Positions 1-12,409 of a stretch of DNA of 64,000 nt are shown here, piece by piece. Position 1 is the stretch's first letter, and every line of letters begins with the position of its first letter. The DNA is from Eledone cirrhosa (lineage: Eukaryota). The position numbers and the translations under genes were made by a program. The stretch lies in the NCBI GenBank assembly GCA_964016885.1, contig OZ024743.1, forward strand, positions 48,236,001 through 48,300,000, written 5' to 3'. Under the pieces are notes generated by a model. That model was not told the DNA's origin and searched no databases. It was given only the letters and a program-made list of their open reading frames with translations.

Positions 1-357
1 TTAAGTGGTGTAGATGTAAACACAGACATGGACAGAAATACACATATACAGGTACATATATAGATATATGTTCAAGACTGATAATTAGCTAAGGCATGAT
101 TGCATATATATCTTCTGATAATGGAGAATACATACCTGATAGTTTCTTGAATGTGAAACTAATACCCTGTATTAAAATACACATATATATATATTGTAAT
201 TGCATTTAAAACATCATTCTACTTAAAACATTAACTGTATAAGCACCAGATGAAGTGACTAAACGGAAACTTCAAAGTCACTGCCACCTTTCTATTCAGA
301 ATATAATATATATATATAAAATTAAAAAAAAATAAAAAAATATATATATATATATAT

Positions 358-1404
358 CATCATCATCATCATCAACGTTTAACGTCCGATGGGGTGGGGC
401 TGGTGGGACGGGGATGTATTTTGTTAGAGATGCCTACTGACTGTAGTAGGTTTTACTATGTATTTAGGTAAGGCGGGTCTTCTCTATTACTGAGTACCGC
501 CAAAGGTCTCGGTCCAGTGACATTGTCTTGGAGAGGTGTAAGTGTGTGAGGTCGGAGTTTATCAGCTCGTCCCAGGTTTTTCTAGGTCTGCCTATTCCGT
601 GGCTACCGTCTATCTTTATTGCCCTGCACTTTGTTATACAGCTATCGACTTTCATGAGCATCACGTGTCCATACCAACGTAGCCTTCTCTCGAGTAAACA
701 ACATCTGATCCCTCTTATTTCTAATTTTTTCCTTAGTTCGTTTATGTTTTGCCGTTCACGTATATTACTATTACACATCCAGCGGAGCATGCAAGCTTCA
801 TTCCTCTCTAGTCTGCGCATATTCTCTGCACACAATGCCCAGGTCTCACTGCCATGCAACATTGCTGTTCGTATGCAGGCATCATACAACCTGCCTTTCA
901 TTTTTAGGGAGAACCCTTTAGCGGCTAATAGTGGTATAAGCTCTCTGAACTTTTTCCATCCAGTTCTGACTCTAGCTACTGTACTTTCAGAGCACCCTCC
1001 CCCACTGCTGATTTTGTCACCCAGGTAACGGAAGCTGTCCCCTATTTCTATAGAGCCCTCTGCGCAGTTGAAAGAGCTAGTATTTGTGGGCACTTGCTGC
1101 TACTTATTGCACCAGAGCACCGGCCACATGTGAAATCTATGTTCTTAGTTAGCTTACCTGTGATCCCACTACATCTTTTATGCACCCATACTTTGCATTT
1201 GGGACACAAAATGGAGTTTCTACCTACGCCTTTCCTACACACTGAGCATGGCCACTTCCCGGAAGGGACCGCCGCCTTATTTTCTTTCCTACAAACTAGA
1301 ACTTTGGTCTTAGCCAGGTTAATTTTAAGGCCTTTTGATTCTAGGCCATGCTTCCATGTTTGGAATTTCTTCTCTAGCTCGGCCATTGATTCAGCTATGA
1401 GTGT
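358..1404 (-). mobile_element. 5'-truncated RTE-clade LINE (family A) with an internal 3'UTR deletion
   Basis: ORFs 1048-1386 and 464-1093 encode RT thumb/C-terminus ([22 protein letters not shown]). (ATG)n tail at 358-372 abuts (TA)n. Near-identical to 2116-3050. Confidence 0.92.
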
Positions 1405-1417
1405 TATATATATATAT

Positions 1418-1740
1418 CATCATCATCATCATCATTTCATTTTACGTCCGCTTTTCTTTGCTTGCACGGGTGGGACGGGAACTGATTCTGGCTTGATTTC
1501 TACAGCTGGATGCCCTTCCTAACACCAACCTCATTTACAGTGAGTGCTGGGTGCTTTTTTGCCGTGGCACCTCCACAACCACTTTGCAATGGAATGATAT
1601 GGACCCCAGTCCCTATCATCTCATTTCTACAGCTGAGTAAACTGGAGCAATGTGAGATAAAGTGTCTTGCTCAAGGAAACAACACATCACCCGGTCTGAG
1701 AATTGAACTCACAACCTTTCGATTGCAAGACCATGCTCTA
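1418..1740 (-). mobile_element. tRNA-derived SINE with CORE-like centre and RTE-derived tail
   Basis: Reverse complement matches the full copy at 53986-54320: B-box GAGTTCAATTC, CCTTGAGCAAGACACTTTA, tail AAAAGCGGACGTAAAATG(ATG)n. Confidence 0.8.
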
Positions 1741-1764
1741 TCTATGTATGTATGTATGTATGTA

Positions 1765-3570
1765 TCATCATCATCATCATCAACGTTTAACGTCCGTGTT
1801 CCACGCTTGCATGGGTTTGGACGGGGGTAGTCCCACTTGAGGCAAGAGTGATTGTCTTGCTCGCATAGGACTGTCTGGCAGCTTTTCTACAGTTGGATGC
1901 CCTTCCTAACACCAACCACATTTACAGTGTGGGTCTGGGAGGTTTTTACCGTGTTGCCTACACGGCCACATTACAGCGTGGACTGTGTGTTTTTTTGTCG
2001 TGACACCTACACGATCTCATTTGTTTCGGCCTGGATGGCGCGGCACCAACATAACTTTACATAGGATGGGGTGGTGTGGATGGGTGGGGGTGGTGGCGGG
2101 ACGGGGTGTATTTTGTTAGAGATGCCTACTGGCAAGGCGGGTCTTCTCTGTTACTGAGTACCGCCAAAGGTCTCGGTCCAGTGACATTGTCTTGGAGAGG
2201 TGTAAGTGTGTGAGGTCGGAGTTTATCAGCTCGTCCCAGGTTTTTCTAGGTCTGCCTATTCCGTGGCTACCGTCTATCTTTATTGCCCTGCACTTTGTTA
2301 TACAGCTATCGACTTTCATGCGCATCACGTGTCCATACCAACGTAGCCTTCTCTCGAGTAAACAACATCTGATCCCTCTTATCTCTAATTTTTTCCTTAG
2401 TTCGTTTATGCTTTGCCGTTCACATATATTACTGTTACACATCCAGCGGAGCATGCAAGCTTCGTTCCTCTCTAGTCTGCGTATATCCTCTGCACACAAT
2501 GCCCAGGTCTCACTGCCATGCAACATTGCTGTTCGTATGCAGGCATCGTACAACCTGCTTTCATTTTTAGGGAGAACCCTTTAGCAGTTAATAGTGGTAT
2601 AAGCTCTCTGAACTTTTTCCAACCAGTTCTGACTCTAGCTACTGTACTTTCAGAGCACCCTCCTCCACTGCTGATTTTATCGCCCAGGTAACGGAAGCTG
2701 TCCACTATTTCTATAGAACCCTCTGCGCAATTGAAAGAGCTAGTATTTTGTGGGCACTTGCTGCTACTTATTGCACCAGAGCACCGGCCACATGTAAAAT
2801 CTATGTTCTTAGTTAGCTTACCTGTGATCCCACTACATCTTTTATGCACCCATACTTTGCATTTAGGACATAAAATGGAGTTTCTACTTACGCCTTTCCT
2901 ACACACCGAGCACGACCATTTCCCAGAAGGGACCGCCGCCTTATTTTCTTTCCTACAAACTAGAACTTTAGTCTTAGCCAGGTTAATTTTAAGTCCTTTT
3001 GATTCTAGGCCGTGCTTCCATGTTTGGAATTTCTTCTCTAGCTCGGCCATTGATTCCGCTATGAGTGTCAGGTCGTCTGCGTATAGGAGTTCCCATGGGC
3101 AGCCGGTCTTGAACTCCTCTGTTATAGCCTGAAGGGCAATAATAAATAGTAGGGGGCTGAGAACAGAGCCCTGATGGACGCCAACTTTTACGCTAAACTC
3201 TTCACTATATTCGTTGTTAATTCTAACCTTGCTGACTGTTTCTTTATACATGGCTTGTATAGCCCTCACAAGCCATTCGTCAACGCCTAGTTTTCTAAGA
3301 GCCCACCAGATAATGGAGCGGGGGACTCTGTCGAAGGCTTTCTCCAAGTCGACAAAAGCTAAGTAGAGGGGTTTACCTTTAGCTAGGTACTTCTCCTGTA
3401 GTTGTCGCACAATGAAAAGAGTGTCTGTGGTACTTTTGCCTGACACAAACCCGAACTGCATTTCATCTAGGTCAATTGTCTCTCTGATTAGTTGCGCTAT
3501 TACTTTTTCCGTGACCTTCATGACCTGGTCGATTAATTTAATGCCTCTATAGTTACTCCTATCTAGGGCG
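1765..3570 (-). mobile_element. 5'-truncated RTE LINE (family A) with full 3'UTR
   Basis: Begins at [11 protein letters not shown] directly against (TA)n. 3'UTR carries GGTGTTAGGAAGGGCATCC and ends GGACGTTAAACGT(TGA)n. Confidence 0.93.
2116..3570 (-). pseudogene. RTE ORF2 reverse transcriptase, PHD-like finger and C-terminus (one frameshift near 2560)
   Basis: Motifs [34 protein letters not shown]. Continues into ORF 2116-2553. Confidence 0.92.
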
Positions 3571-4088
<518 letters not shown>

Positions 4089-4106
4089 GTATGTGTGTGT
4101 ATATAA

Positions 4107-4305
4107 ATGCCAGTTGAAGGAAGACGTGGTAGAGGTAGACCACGAAAAACATGGGCGGAGGTGGTGAGAACAGACTTCAGTACGCTGAAGCTCACGGTGG
4201 AGATGACGAAGGACCGTGACAAGTGGAGAGATGCTGCGCTGAATAAGACCCATCCCACCCTTGCAAGCAGGGAAGAGCGGACGTAAAATGATGATGATGA
4301 TGATG
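4107..4305 (+). mobile_element. 3' end of RTE LINE family C, almost no 3'UTR
   Basis: Reads PVEGRRGRGRPRKTWAEVVRTD...DRDKWR...THPTLASREERT* followed at once by (ATG)n. Confidence 0.85.
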
Positions 4306-4777
4306 ATATATATATATATATATGTATGTGTGTGTATGTATATATCATCCAGGTCTGAGTAAAGTTAATTTCATCCAGAGAAAGTGTATGTGTCTGTGTG
4401 GGTGTGTGTGTGTGAGAGAGAGAATGGAGGAATCAATCACAATATTGGACTGGTATTTTTCTTTATTGACCTTGAAAGGATGAAGGACAAAGATAACCTT
4501 GTCAATATTTGAACTCATAACAGAAAACTACAACAAATACTATGAAACATTCTATCCAATCTTCTAATAATTCAAAATTTTTTCATTAGAATTCTTGTGT
4601 CTAATAAAACAATTTCAGAGTAAGGATATTATAGTCATTATTGTTACTTTTTTTTACTGATTCTTTTTTCACCTACATTCTATAAATCAGAGCTACTTTT
4701 ACCAGATTTCGTACACCACAAACTAGGATCTATTTATCTATCTGTCTGTCCGTCTCAGTCCAGCTAACATTATTATT

Positions 4778-5342
4778 ACAGTATCGGTAGAGGGTCGGAC
4801 GCCATGCTTTCCAGCATAGTTACGTCCCTTTACGATCTGAGTTCAAATCCCGTTGAGGTTAACTTTACCTTTCATCCTTACGGGTCGATAAAACAAAGTA
4901 CCAGTAATGAACTGGGTAATTGCTGGCCTTGTGCCAAAAGTAGAAACAATTATTATTAGCAGTGGATTATCAGTATCAGTAGAGGGTCAGATGCCATGTT
5001 TTGATGCATAGAGTTACGGCCCTTGCCATTCTGAGGTTAACTTTGCCTTTCATCCTTACAGGGTCGATAAAATAGAATACCAGTAATGTACTGGGTAATT
5101 GCTAGCCTTGTGCCAAAAGTAGAAACAATTATTATTAGAATAGGTTCTTTATTTTATCGACCCCATAAGGATGAAAGGCAAAGTTAACCTTGGCGGGATT
5201 TGAACTTTACGTTCTGAGTTCAAATCCCGCCAAGATTAACTTTGCCTTTCATCCTTACGGGGTCGATAAAATAAAGTACCAGTAATACACTGGGATAATT
5301 GCTGGCCTTGTGCCAAAAGTAGAAACAATTATTATTAGAATA
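4778..5342 (+). mobile_element. Array of Deu/Nin-like SINE copies (three direct, one inverted partial)
   Basis: Repeated GAGTTCAAATCCCG..GCCTTTCATCCTTACGGGGTCGATAAAATAAAGTACCAG and tail CCTTGTGCCAAAAGTAGAAACA(ATT)n. Confidence 0.8.
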
Positions 5343-5362
5343 CTTATCTCTAAATAGTGAAA

Positions 5363-5490
5363 GTGTGTGGCTGAGTGGTTAGAGAAGTGGATTCACAATC
5401 TTGAGGTTGTGAGTTCGATTCCTGGACCGGGCGATGGGTTATGTCCTTGAGCAAGACACTTTATTCCATGTTGCTCCTTCTACCTGGAGC
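5363..5490 (+). mobile_element. tRNA-derived SINE head with CORE-like segment
   Basis: TGGCTGAGTGG ... GAGTTCGATTCC ... GTCCTTGAGCAAGACACTTTA. Confidence 0.75.
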
Positions 5491-6194
5491 TGCGACTGAT
5501 AGTTAGCATTAGCAATTGGAAAGACCAATGGAAACATTGTTTCTTCGGTCCGATTTGACGAAAGTCGATCGATCCTTTATGTCTAAATAAAAATAAAATT
5601 CAAAATGAGAATATTATGTTTATCTATTTATTATTAATTATTGTTTCACCTGCATCCTTTAAATCTGAGCTCAAATCTTGTTGAATATACTCAGTGAGAT
5701 CGTTTGGCCAGGTTTCATACAAGATAAACTTGGAACTATCTATCTCTATCTGTCTGTCTGTAGGTCTGTCTGTCTCTCTATCTGTGTGTCTGCCTGTCTG
5801 CCTGTCTGTCTCTCTGTCCAGCTATCAAACACTATTGAAACCAGATCACTAAACAATTGTTTCCTATTAGTTTCATAACTGTTGGCCAAATCTACAAGAT
5901 ATTGGCACCAGTGGTTTCCAATATGTCTCCAATAATTGTTTTTTTCATTGACAATGACACTATCTGGCATCACGACAAGACAACATATTCTGGATTACTC
6001 AATTTCTCTTTTTCAGATGAGATTTATTTTTTAGTAATTCTATTTCTGTTTGTTTTCTTTTTTTTTTTTACATATAAGGGATATTATTTCTATATTCAAG
6101 TAGTTACTACTACTACTACTGCTACTACTTCTACTACTACCACCACCACCTCCACCACCAAACCACCACCACCACCACCATCACCACCACCACT

Positions 6195-7445
6195 ATGACC
6201 TCTTTACAGTGTGGACTGGGCACGTTTAGTCATGTCCCCAACACGACTACTTTACAGTATGGACTGGGCAATTTTAATCATGTCACCAACATGACCACTT
6301 TACTGTGTAGACTGGGTATTTATTGTTGCGTCCCTAATACAATCACTCTACAGGGTAGACTGGGTGCTCTTTGTTATGTCACCAACCCAACCACTCCACA
6401 GGGACTGAGAGCTTTTAGCCATTTCAGCAACATTGTGGGAGAGTTTTTCAGCTTTCCATGCTTGTATATATGGGTTGGTCAAGAGCGGTGCATCAGATGT
6501 GGGAAGTGGGGGTGGGGTGAGGGTGTATGTAGAGTGGGGTATTTAGCTGGTGAAGGGCAGAGTGTTAAGACGTGGCATGTATATGGAAAGGGGAAGGGAG
6601 AAGTGATGCATACTAGAGACCACTAGATGCTGCTTCATCCCATGTACATGGGAAGGTGGGTCTTCTGCAGTACTGTATAACACCAGAGAACTCGATCTTT
6701 TGTCATCACCTTTGAGAGGTGCAATTATGCGTGATAGGCTTTTATCACCTCATTCCAAGCTTTCCTAGATCTTTCTCTTCCATAGCTTCCATCAACTTTG
6801 AGCGCCCTGCACTTTTTTGCACAGCTGTCATCCTTTATACACATCACATGTCCATACCACTGCAATCTCTTCTCCTACACACTATATCTGATCCCTCTTA
6901 GGCTAAGTTTCTCTCTCAGTTCATTTACACTTTGTCATTTATGTATATTACTATTACACATCTATCAGAGCATGCAAGCTTCATTTCTTTCCAATTTGCA
7001 TAGGTTCTCTGCACACCCTGCTCAGGTCTCACTTCCATGCAGCATTGCTGTTCGTATACATGCATCATACAATCTACTCTTCATTTTGAAGGAAAAAACC
7101 TTCTGTATCTAACAGTGGTAGTAACTCCCTAAACTTTCTCCATCCCGTTCTCACTCTGACTACAGTACTTTTGGAACACCAACTACTACTGCTAATTTGG
7201 TCATCTAGGTAACAGAAGCTGTTAACTGCTTCTACGGGACCCTCTACGAATCTGTTAGAGTTTCTTTCCCGTGAATGCTTGCTGCTTACTGTTCTTGTGT
7301 ATCGATCACATGTAAAGCCTGTGTTCTTTGCTAGCCTGCCTAAGATCCCACTACATCTCTTATGTACTCATAGTTTGCATTTGGGACAAAGGATAGAATT
7401 TCAGCCCTGCCCTTTTCTACATACTGGGCAGAGCCATTTCTCTAA
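6195..7445 (-). mobile_element. Degenerate RTE LINE 3' part (PHD region to repeat-rich 3'UTR)
   Basis: Colinear similarity to 464-1260 and 54640-55440. 3'UTR has tandem CCACTTTACAGTGTGGACTGGG-type units. Confidence 0.8.
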
Positions 7446-7499
7446 AAGGGTGGGTGTGGGGGAAATAAAATTTGTGAATATTTCTAGAAAAAAAAGGTA

Positions 7500-7750
7500 A
7501 AAAGTAAAATACTTACTCTCTCAGGCACTTGGTCCCCACCTGTGACATAGAATATCAACAATCTTCCTCCATTCATCCCTGTTTTGGGCTTTCTTTCCAG
7601 TTGCACCCAGCTCTCTCCAGATTTTCTCACTTCACTCTCCAGTTCACATCCCCAGGAATTCCCTGACCTTCCTCTCTTCCATTTTCCCAGCGGTTCCACC
7701 AAAGAGACTGCCTGATAATATTGCATCTGTGTCCAACTCAGTACCACTTT
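7500..7750 (-). mobile_element. Old RTE-like LINE C-terminal fragment
   Basis: GKWKRGRSGNSWGCELESEVRKSGESWVQLERK resembles the RTE GxRxRGRPxxTW...W end. Confidence 0.5.
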
Positions 7751-8674
7751 CTATGCTAGATTTCCAAGTTGTCTTTGTATTCAGTGTAAAGCCCTAATTC
7801 ACCTGTTTTCACTCTACCTGAAGATGGTCATGAACCAGTGCTGGTTTTGGTCCTAGGTGTCAGAAAGAGTATCATCTGTGCAGGGTCCTTCAACTTGGCT
7901 GCAATGCTTCATTCTTCCTTGGCAGGCTCCTTCTGGTCCCTGAACTTATAAGATGTACTTTGGTTTCTTTGTTGACGTTTCTGTATGGGAAAAAATATTA
8001 CTTTAACCTTTTACATACTAACTCACCCCAAATCGACTGCTTCTGTAAAAGAAAACCACCTATTTTAAAGGATTGTTATTTAAATTAAAATCTTCCAACA
8101 TAATTTTGTATGAGAATCTTTTTTTAAGCTATGTTACAAATATTATCTTAATAATGATTTCTAATTTAGGCACAAGGCCAGAAATTTGTGGGGAGGGTAA
8201 AGTCAATTATATCCACCTCAGTACTTTACTGGACCTTTATTTTATCAACTCTAGAAGAATGAAAGGCAATTTTGACCTTAGAATTGAAATCAGAATGTAA
8301 AGGGTCATAACTAAATACCAGAAAGCATTTTAGTAAATCACTCCAAATTCCTTATTAGTTAATTAAAATACAAAGTATTTCTTTAGAAATATGGTCATAA
8401 AAAGAATAATTATTCTGTTCGGGTACTTTGTTTGAATATATTTTGAAAACCCCCACCCCAAAATGCAGAAAAAATTGAGTTGACAATTTTACATAATCAA
8501 TTACTATATATAGTCATGAATAAGTCGCGCTAGTGGATAAGTCACACCTCATTTTACATACAACATTCTTAATTCATTGCTTGACTCACATATAAGGTTT
8601 TGTAGATCCAGTAGATAAGACTTCTTACATAATTTTTTTGTTTCATGGAAAGAGGCACAACTTCTACATAAATA

Positions 8675-9156
8675 TCTAAACTAATAAAGTAAGGAGTGCG
8701 GGCTGCGTACCGTTTATAATTTTTTTTATCCCATTAGTAAAATAAGTTGGATTACTTTGAATAAATAATGAATGAATATTACATAATTTATCTACTAAAT
8801 TTCGTGGTTGTTGATTAAATATATTTCATTATTTATTTAAAGATTCACTTCTTTAAAATTTTCAAATGTCAACACTTCTGGTTAGCGATCGCTTAAATAA
8901 ACATTCATATATTTCCGTCACTAATTTTCTCCTAATGCAGTTTATATATAATATCGTCTTTTTTTAATATACCATGGATTACTTTACTGATTACATAAGA
9001 CAGTGTAACAACGTCTTCGTTCAATTTCTGTGTATATTGTAAATTACGATTTTATTTGATGTATCATATCTACATGTATATATACTTGCATATAATATCA
9101 ATATACACACTACACATGCTAGCAGAAAACCACCTGAAGGGTGGTATTTCTGCTAG
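8675..9156 (+). mobile_element. Non-autonomous Helitron (~480 bp)
   Basis: 5' A|TCTAAACTAATAAAG. 3' hairpin ACCACC-TGAAG-GGTGGT then TTTCTGCTAG|T, fitting an A|T insertion site. Confidence 0.6.
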
Positions 9157-9207
9157 TATACAATAAATGAATTAGTTTTGTCTGATGATATTTTTGTTCC
9201 TCTGCAG

Positions 9208-9374
9208 GTATCGAGATCAAAAGCCACCATCTGTTATTGTTGTACATAATAGGTCTATTACAGTGGACTTTACTGGAGTATATCATACATCGCTGGCTCT
9301 TTCACTTACGTCCTCTTATTACTTCACCATTCTTCATTCGAATGCACTTCATCTTACATGGACAACATCACAAG
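9208..9374 (+). CDS. FA2H: Internal coding exon of fatty acid 2-hydroxylase
   Basis: Acceptor TTTTTGTTCCTCTGCAG| and donor AAG|GTAAAC. Encodes IEIKSHHLLLLYIIGLLQWTLLEYIIHRWLFHLRPLITSPFFIRMHFILHGQHHK with the FA2H His motifs EYxxHRxLFH and HxxxHGQHHK. Confidence 0.9.
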
Positions 9375-9424
9375 GTAAACATACTCTGCTCTTTCAACAA
9401 ACCTTTCATCTTTTTATAAAAGAA

Positions 9425-9580
9425 GATATGTGTGTTGTTAAAAGTTTACATTGCGACCATGTGGTTTGGAGCTTCATCCTACTGTGTGTTACTTTGGGTG
9501 TCTTCTACCATAGCCTTGAGTCAATGCTTTGTGAGTGAAATTTGGAAGACTGAAACTGTGAAGAAGCCCATTGTGTGTGT
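9425..9580 (+). mobile_element. Degenerate SINE (related copy at ~13425-13585)
   Basis: Shared GTGAGTGAAATT..G.AGAC.GA.A...GAAGCCCAT 3' segment. Confidence 0.5.
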
Positions 9581-9680
9581 ATCTTTTTCTACTATATCAA
9601 GCATTAAACTATTATATTTCTTCATTGTACTGTGTTGTTTGCTTTGTTATTTATTTGTTTACTTTTTGCATATATATATA

Positions 9681-10166
9681 TCATCATCATCATCATCATC
9701 ATCACCGTTTTACGTCCGTTCTTCCACGCTAGTATGGGTTAGACAGGTTGTCTTGTTGTGGGCAGTGTCTGGTCGGCTGACCATGCCTTGCTCATACAGG
9801 AATTGATTTGGCTTGATTTCTATGCTGGATGCCCTTCCTAACACCAACCTCATTTACAGTGAGTGCTGGGTGCTTTTTCGTGGCGCCTACACGTCCACTT
9901 TACAGTGTGGGCTGGGTGCTTTTTTGCCGTGGCACCTCCACGACCAACTTGCAGTAGGTGGTGTGGGGGCATATTGTCTATATGCTTCAGCTTGTACCCA
10001 TGGGAGGTCGGGTACTCTGTATTACTGCGTGACGCCAGAGGTCACGGTCGTGTGTCATCGCCTTTGAGAGGTGTAATTGGGTAAGGTCGGCTTTTATCAC
10101 CTCATCCCAGGTCATCTTGGGTCTCCCCACTCCGCGGTTTCCATCGACTTCTAGTGCTCTGCACCT
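9681..10166 (-). mobile_element. 3' end of RTE LINE family B
   Basis: RCRALEVDGNRGVGRPKMTWDEVIK...RPPMGTS*, 3'UTR and (ATG)n tail. Near-identical to 54361-54825. Confidence 0.88.
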
Positions 10167-10837
10167 TATATATGTATATATATACATATATCATCCTGCA
10201 GGGTATCCAAAATCCTCTTCCCCACCAAGCAAGCTTGGTGGGTTTGCTGGTTTAGTCACCAACAACCTGACCATGCACAGGTTGTACTGAGTTATATGCT
10301 ACCAGTAGTGCTGAAGAGTGACCTGACATATATACATGCATGTGTGTATGTGAGTGTGCATATCTGTTTCTAAAGACCATTTTAAAATAATAATAATGAA
10401 ATTATTGTGTACAGTGCTCAGGTGCACTACAACTCATCAAAGGTGCATGTATAGTACATAGAACAATGTACAAATGTCAGGAAAATGAACAGCGTATGAG
10501 TCGGCTGTTTATGTTCCACATAAATAAATGACCTGCAGCTAACTGGTTTTGATAAATATGACAAATATATATCATACTTAAAAATAGAGTATGGGTTTGC
10601 ATCAGGAAGAGTGTCCTTCCATAGAAAAACTACCTCAAAATGTCTCATTCAATCTTTAGCAGATATTTCTTTATTTGATAGTTTCATTTGTGGTGAGGTG
10701 TATGACAACACCATATATCCAATATATAACACAACCAGAAGATGAGTTGTTAGATGTTCACAGATAAAGGCATTTTGTTGTGATATTTTAGAAATTTGTG
10801 AGTGAATGTGTGAATATAGAGATGTTGGTTGAGATAA

Positions 10838-12335
10838 GATATTGCCTTGTGCACGACAGATTTACTGATCTGAGGACTCTGGCCCAGCTGCAGCTGTGCT
10901 TTAATGACAAGTGACTGCTTTAGTTAGGTATCAACTGTCAACTGTGTCAAAGACCTACAGAGAGGAAGTGTCAAGGCAAGACATTAAAATTAAATTTTAG
11001 CTGTGCTTAAATAGCCATATGTTTCGTGATACCTATTTCTGGTTATGACATTGTAGCTGTTTTAACCTGCAGTTCAGTATTTAGTTCAGATTGCTGAGAA
11101 AATAAGCAATCATAAAAATAAGAGGTAGCAAAAGAACGTATATGGTTTTAAATATGTGGGATCAAGATCTTTTCTGACTGAAAACAGAGTGTGGTGTTTG
11201 CTCCATGTAGTTTTGATAGCTGATGTATGTCCCAAGGGATTTGGAAAGTTGAAACTAGTTTGAAATTAAGCTGCAGAATATAATGTGCAACTGCATTAGC
11301 AAGTGTATCTGTGATGTGTAGTTTTCCAAGTTCACACAAGTCCAGACTGTTATGTGGGCCAACAGCTACTCCATACTTCAAAAGCTAATTGAAGATCAAG
11401 AGATGAAAGAAAAATATCTTGTGAAATCCTAGATAAATCAATCACATATGATAGCTATGGACTGGTGTTTGTATGGAAATGTATGTAAGATGTTGAATTG
11501 AATGTTATGTTTGCATGTGTGTGTAAACATTTAAAGCAATATATTCAATAAAAGTGTAATAATAGAACAGTGAGACAGAAATTGATATTAGCAAACAGGA
11601 TTATGAAAAGTACCTAAAAAAGAAAAAAGCGAAGAAAAGATTTACAAAAAAATTGTGTAAAATTATTGAATGGACATGCAAATGAAGAAACATTAAAAAT
11701 AATGATTAATTATCCATGCAGATAATATTTTTTGTCAAAATTATGTTCCTTTTCTTCTTGTATGTTATTTGTTTTCATGCTGTTGAACTTGGTACTGTTG
11801 GAAGTTGTCATGTTGAAACAGGAACAACCATAAATTTAGTTGTCTGTAAAACGATTTCTGTTCATCTAGGAAATTGTTGTTGACTGTAGAAAGAACTGTA
11901 TAGTAAAGCAAAATTGTTGGTGGACATGTGATGCTGAGTGTACGATGTGTTTGAAGAAATGTTTGTTTGTTCACACATGAAAAAATGAAAGAAGGTTGTG
12001 TTCAAAAATTCTTTTGAATAAAAGTTATTTGCAGATATTTTGCATGATGTTTTGAATCATGAGGCTGCATGTTTGAAACATCAAGGTGTCACCATTTTAG
12101 CAGATATTGCCTTGTGCATGGTAGATTTACTGGCCAGATTGAGGCAGTGCCTTAATAATGGGTGATTGCTACAGCTGGGCCTTGGCTGTCAACTGTGCCA
12201 GAAGCCAGCAGAGTGAGAAGAAAAGGCAAAGCAAGAGAGTAAAACAGAATTTTAGCTGGGCTTAAATACCCATATGTTTCATGATAGCTATTTCCAGTTA
12301 TGATATAATAGCTATTTTAACCTGCAGTTCAATAT
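10838..12335. repeat. Diverged ~240-bp direct repeats (10838-11080 and 12102-12335)
   Basis: Both read GATATTGCCTTGTGCA..AGATTTACTG..TGTCAACTGTG..AATTTTAGCTG.GCTTAAATA.CCATATGTTTC..TTTTAACCTGCAGTTCA. Confidence 0.75.
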
Positions 12336-12409
12336 CTACAGATTTACCAATAATAATTTTGCTATGAATAAAACATGGGAAAAAAGGAACATTAAAACAA
12401 TAGCAATGA

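Noticed and set aside
241-285. CAGATGA-AGTGACT...AGTCACT, hammerhead-like
   Set aside because: The core reads CAGA rather than CUGA and no GAAA follows the stem. At most a decayed pLTR.
528-3132. Plus-strand ORFs overlapping the RTE copies (also 16727-17314, 50957-51394, 54775-55221)
   Set aside because: Antisense shadows of retroelement coding sequence.
5363-5430. tRNA gene (likewise 3809 and 53986)
   Set aside because: A and B boxes are present, but the sequence runs into SINE body without an acceptor stem.
5746-6000. Protein-like ORFs on both strands as a possible FA2H or other exon
   Set aside because: No FA2H motif or recognisable domain, and no convincing splice pair.
6195-6420. Regularly spaced ~40-bp repeats resembling a CRISPR array (also ~61190-61340)
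   Set aside because: Degenerate tandem units of the RTE 3'UTR, with no unique spacers or cas genes, in eukaryotic context.
8003-8410. Additional piggyBac- or hAT-like MITE remnants (also ~13700, ~48043, ~63480-63730)
   Set aside because: Termini are too degenerate to define both ends and a TSD.
9182-9190. CTGATGA just before the FA2H exon
   Set aside because: No matching stem II, GAAA or stem I. It lies in the acceptor region.
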